Shown here: positions 28,488 through 31,168 of the stretch, one piece after another
How the letters are laid out: each line of letters starts with the position of its first letter
How positions within the stretch are numbered: position 1 is the stretch's first letter
Translations under genes and position numbers: made by a program
Notes under the pieces: generated by a model
Seen by the model: only the letters and a program-made list of their open reading frames with translations
Databases searched by the model: none
What the model was told of the DNA's origin: nothing
Origin: Myxococcota bacterium
Lineage (GTDB): Bacteria; Myxococcota_A; UBA9160; PR03
Assembly: GCA_041611735.1 (NCBI GenBank)
Contig: JBFIML010000045.1
Location: forward strand, 1 to 31,168
Direction of reading: 5' to 3'
Length of the DNA stretch: 31,168 nt

Positions 28488-29255
28488 TTGGAGCAGGCCC
28501 TCGGCGCGCTCGCGACCTGCTGGCGTGGCGCTCGCAGCGTGGTGGTGCTCACCGGGGCCGGCCTCTCCACGGCTTCCGGCATCCCCGACTTCCGCTCGCC
28601 GGGCGGACGCTGGGAGCGCTACCAGCCGGTCCCGTTCGCGGACTTCCTGGCCCGGGCCTCGGCCCGGGAGGACTACTGGCGCTACAAAGGGGAAACCTGG
28701 CGGCTGATCCGGGCCGCCCAGCCGAACGCCGCCCATCGCGCCCTGGCGGAGCTCGGCCGCGCCCGACGCGTGCACCTGCTCGTCACCCAGAACGTGGACG
28801 GTCTGCACGAGCGCAGCGGTTTCCTCCCCGAGCACCTCGTCACGATCCACGGGACGGACGCCGCGGTCGTCTGCCTCTCGTGCGGACGCCGCGAGCCCCG
28901 GGAGCTCGCCCAGGAGCAATGGGAGTCCGGCACGGCCGTGCCGCGCTGCACCTGCGGCGGCTTCTGGAAGCCCGCCACCATCTCCTTCGGCCAGCGCCTC
29001 GTGCCCGAAGACCTGGAGCGTGCTCTTCGGGAGGCGTCGGCCTGCGACCTCTTCGTGGCCGCGGGCACTTCGCTGGGGGTCGGTCCGGTGAACGGGATGT
29101 TTGCGGCAGCCGAGCAGGCCGGCGCGACGACGGCCATCCTGACCGCCTCGGAGACTCCCTTCGACGCGGAGGCGAGCTGGAAGCTCGAGGCGCCGGTGGA
29201 GCAACTGCTGCCCGAACTCGCCAGACGCGTGCTCTCGAAGCGGCTGGCCTGCTAG
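28488..29255 (+). CDS. NAD-dependent protein deacylase (Sir2/CobB family)
   Basis: TGAGLSTASGIPDFRS, PNAAH, TQNVDGLH, IHG, CxxC...CxC Zn site, KPATISFG, GTSL; TTG 28488 with AGGAGG 8 nt upstream. Confidence 0.92.
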   Translation: MEQALGALATCWRGARSVVVLTGAGLSTASGIPDFRSPGGRWERYQPVPFADFLARASAREDYWRYKGETWRLIRAAQPNAAHRALAELGRARRVHLLVTQNVDGLHERSGFLPEHLVTIHGTDAAVVCLSCGRREPRELAQEQWESGTAVPRCTCGGFWKPATISFGQRLVPEDLERALREASACDLFVAAGTSLGVGPVNGMFAAAEQAGATTAILTASETPFDAEASWKLEAPVEQLLPELARRVLSKRLAC

Positions 29256-30688
29256 AGCGTCGGCCAGTGGGCGGCCCAGGGCCGCTCCTGCTCGAAGGCC
29301 CAGGCCGCCTGCAGCACCAAGTCGTCCCGGTGGCGCGGGCCGACGATCTGCAGGCCCACCGGAAGACCCGCCTTCGAGAATCCGGCGCGCACCGTCGCCG
29401 CCGGATGCCAGGACAGATTGAAAGGCATGCTGAAGCTGCCCACGTTCGCAGCCGGCTGGCGTCGCCCCTCCACCTCCTCGGTGAGGGGGCCCTTGGCCGG
29501 GGGCGGGTCGTAGGGGACGGTCGGCGTCAGGAGCAGATCGTGGTGCTCGAAGAGGTCCGCGCACCAGCGGTTCAGCTCCTCACGCCGGCGACGGAACTCC
29601 GCGTAGCGCTCCGGCGTCATCCGGGCCCCCTGCTTCACCGCCCACAGGAAGGCGCGCCCGAACTCGGACTCGTGCTCCGGGAGCAGCGGCGACAGGTGGC
29701 CGAGGAGCTGGAAGACGTTGATCAACCCCCAGTCGCGCGCCGGCTCGGGCGGGCCGGCGGCGAGCGGCTCGACCGCGTGGCCGAGCTTCTCGAACACCCG
29801 TACGGCTTCTGCCACCCGCTCCGCCACGTCGGACTGCACCACCGCGTAGCCCAGGTCCGGCGAGAAGGCGATGCGCAGGTGGTCGGGCAGGGCACGCAAC
29901 CGCTCCCGATAGCTCAGCCCGGGATGCGGCAGGGAGTTCGGGTCGAGCGGGTGTGCCCCGACGGTCAGATCGAGGTGCAGGGCCGCATCCTCGACGCTGC
30001 GCGTGAGCGGGCCGACCACCGAGGTGTCGTCCATGGCCCACAGCGCATCGGGGCCGTGGGGGATGCGGCCGTAGCTCGGCTTCAGACCGAAGCAGCCGGT
30101 GAAGGAGGCCGGGATTCGGATCGAACCGCCCCCGTCGCTGGCCGTCACCAGCGGGACCAGGGCCCCGGCGATGGCTGCCGAGGAGCCTCCGCTCGAGCCG
30201 CCGGGCGTGCGCTCCAGATTCCACGGGTTGCGCGTCACGCCGAACAGCAGGTTCTTGGTGATGGCCGTATAGCCGAACTCGGGCGCGTTGGTCTTGCCGA
30301 CGACGATGGCTCCGGCCGCCACCAGCCGCTCCACCTGGACCGAATGACGCGACGCCAGGTTGTCCTTGAACGGCAGCGAACCGTGCGAGGTGACGAGCCC
30401 CGCTACGTCCTCCAGGTCCTTGACCGCCAGGGGCACGCCCTCCAGCGGACGGGCCTCGCCGCGGGCAAAGCGCTCGGCGGCGGCGCGAGCCTCCGCCCGG
30501 AGCGCATCGGCGTCGCGCAGGGTGGTGAGCGCATTGAGCGGCTCGTCCGCGGCGGCGATACGAGCCAGGGTCGCCTCCATCAGGTCGACCGGAGACAGCT
30601 CCCGGCGGGCCAGCAAGGCGACCAGCTCCGTGAGCGGCCTGCGGAGCAGGGCGGCGGCCGCGTCCTCCGGCGTGGGTCTTCGCTGCAT
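29252..30688 (-). CDS. Amidase signature family enzyme
   Basis: GVPLAVKD, GKTNAPEFG, TRNPW, PGGSSGGS, SDGGGSIRIPA (Lys-Ser-Ser triad), GLPVGLQ; ATG 30688 with GGAG upstream. Confidence 0.92.
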   Translation of the reverse strand: MQRRPTPEDAAAALLRRPLTELVALLARRELSPVDLMEATLARIAAADEPLNALTTLRDADALRAEARAAAERFARGEARPLEGVPLAVKDLEDVAGLVTSHGSLPFKDNLASRHSVQVERLVAAGAIVVGKTNAPEFGYTAITKNLLFGVTRNPWNLERTPGGSSGGSSAAIAGALVPLVTASDGGGSIRIPASFTGCFGLKPSYGRIPHGPDALWAMDDTSVVGPLTRSVEDAALHLDLTVGAHPLDPNSLPHPGLSYRERLRALPDHLRIAFSPDLGYAVVQSDVAERVAEAVRVFEKLGHAVEPLAAGPPEPARDWGLINVFQLLGHLSPLLPEHESEFGRAFLWAVKQGARMTPERYAEFRRRREELNRWCADLFEHHDLLLTPTVPYDPPPAKGPLTEEVEGRRQPAANVGSFSMPFNLSWHPAATVRAGFSKAGLPVGLQIVGPRHRDDLVLQAAWAFEQERPWAAHWPTL

Positions 30689-30815
30689 CGGGCTCTCCTC
30701 CCGGCCGGGTCTGCCGCCCGGCCCGCTACCCGCGCACGTCTGGATACCACAGCCGGGCCCAGGGCGGGGCGGCCGCGCGACCCGGTTTTCCCTTTCGCTG
30801 GCGGTCGGGAAGCCG

Positions 30816-30821
30816 TATGAT
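30816..30821 (+). promoter_or_regulatory. Putative -10 element of the histone gene
   Basis: TATGAT about 70 nt upstream of ATG 30892; no convincing -35 element. Confidence 0.35.
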
Positions 30822-30891
30822 GCGCCCTCGCAAGCAAGGCGCAGCGTGCGCCGAGCACCGGTCGCGCCCAAGCGCGACGCAGGGGGGAAGG

Positions 30892-31107
30892 ATGGCAGCG
30901 AGAAGGAAGGCCGCCGCTCGACGAGCGTCGAAGAGCGCGGGCGATCTCATCATCTCGAAGTCCCGCACCAAGGCCGCCGTGCGGAAGTGCAACGTGGGGG
31001 GCGACTTCTACGGAGCGCTCGACAAGCACGTGCGCAACCTGCTCGGCCAGGCCGAGCAGCGCGCCCTGGGCAACAAGCGCAAGACCCTGAAGCCGGTCGA
31101 CCTCTAG
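30892..31107 (+). CDS. Bacterial histone-fold protein (alpha3-truncated, face-to-face-like) with basic N-terminal tail
   Basis: 71 aa MAARRKAAARRASKSAGDLIISKSRTKAAVRKCNVGGDFYGALDKHVRNLLGQAEQRALGNKRKTLKPVDL: alpha1, L1 (NV), long alpha2, hallmark R-K-T-x-x-x-x-D-L ending; purine-rich SD (GGGGAAGG) before ATG. Confidence 0.85.
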   Translation: MAARRKAAARRASKSAGDLIISKSRTKAAVRKCNVGGDFYGALDKHVRNLLGQAEQRALGNKRKTLKPVDL

Positions 31108-31168
31108 GTCGGCTCGGCCGATGGTCCGCCGCCCGTGCGGCGGGCCTGGGGGCCCGCGTGCCGCTTGC

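Noticed and set aside
28488-29255. Sir2 anti-phage defence effector (Thoeris/DSR/pAgo-associated)
   Set aside because: It is a stand-alone canonical sirtuin with a Zn-binding module and HG catalytic motif, with no defence partner genes nearby.
27333-29564. 743-aa fusion ending in the PanE-like domain
   Set aside because: The upstream part is antisense to the sirtuin gene and out of frame within the amidase gene; the Rossmann motif begins right after ATG 28334.
29252-30688. gatA (Glu-tRNA amidotransferase subunit A)
   Set aside because: No gatB or gatC is adjacent, and GatA-specific motifs (DTGGSIRQPA, EFAMG) are absent; it is a generic amidase.
30817-30891. Extra 25-aa N-terminal extension of the histone as given in the ORF track
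   Set aside because: ATG 30817 coincides with a likely -10 element and lacks an SD, whereas ATG 30892 has a purine-rich SD.
31126-31143. Intrinsic terminator after the histone gene (CCGCCGC-ccgt-GCGGCGG)
   Set aside because: The hairpin is present but has no U-tract; it could be chance at this GC content and lies near the window edge.

Overview
Very GC-rich bacterial window; gene content suggests a Myxococcota/deltaproteobacterial lineage (inference). Left to right: (1) a minus-strand Tad/Flp pilus operon (flp, prepilin peptidase, tadE, cpaB, cpaC secretin, small lipoprotein, and a tadG-like gene cut by the window edge). (2) A divergent envelope-modification block: QW-repeat prenyltransferase-like protein, Tat-exported DUF362 lipoprotein, GT87-like glycosyltransferase and two membrane 'sulfatases' with Thr at the nucleophile position. 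(3) An OmpR/HAMP-kinase two-component pair. (4) A coupled class-III aminotransferase-luxE-like-luxC-like operon with no luciferase. (5) CDF transporter, folK, MTH1187-family protein, Fe-S APS reductase (cysH) and a Tat split-barrel protein. (6) Isochorismatase-family hydrolase, a small secreted protein, an orphan PDZ/TM/GAF kinase, an LLM (probably F420-dependent) oxidoreductase, bioA, a ketopantoate reductase-like protein, a sirtuin and an amidase. (7) At the right end, a 71-aa histone-fold protein of the alpha3-truncated ('face-to-face') type with a Lys/Arg-rich N-terminal tail. The most notable items are the tailed bacterial histone with a sirtuin two genes away, and the aminotransferase-LuxE-LuxC operon, a candidate acid-to-aldehyde-to-amine pathway. 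No rRNA, tRNA, CRISPR or mobile element was recognised. All family calls come from reading motifs, not from database searches.
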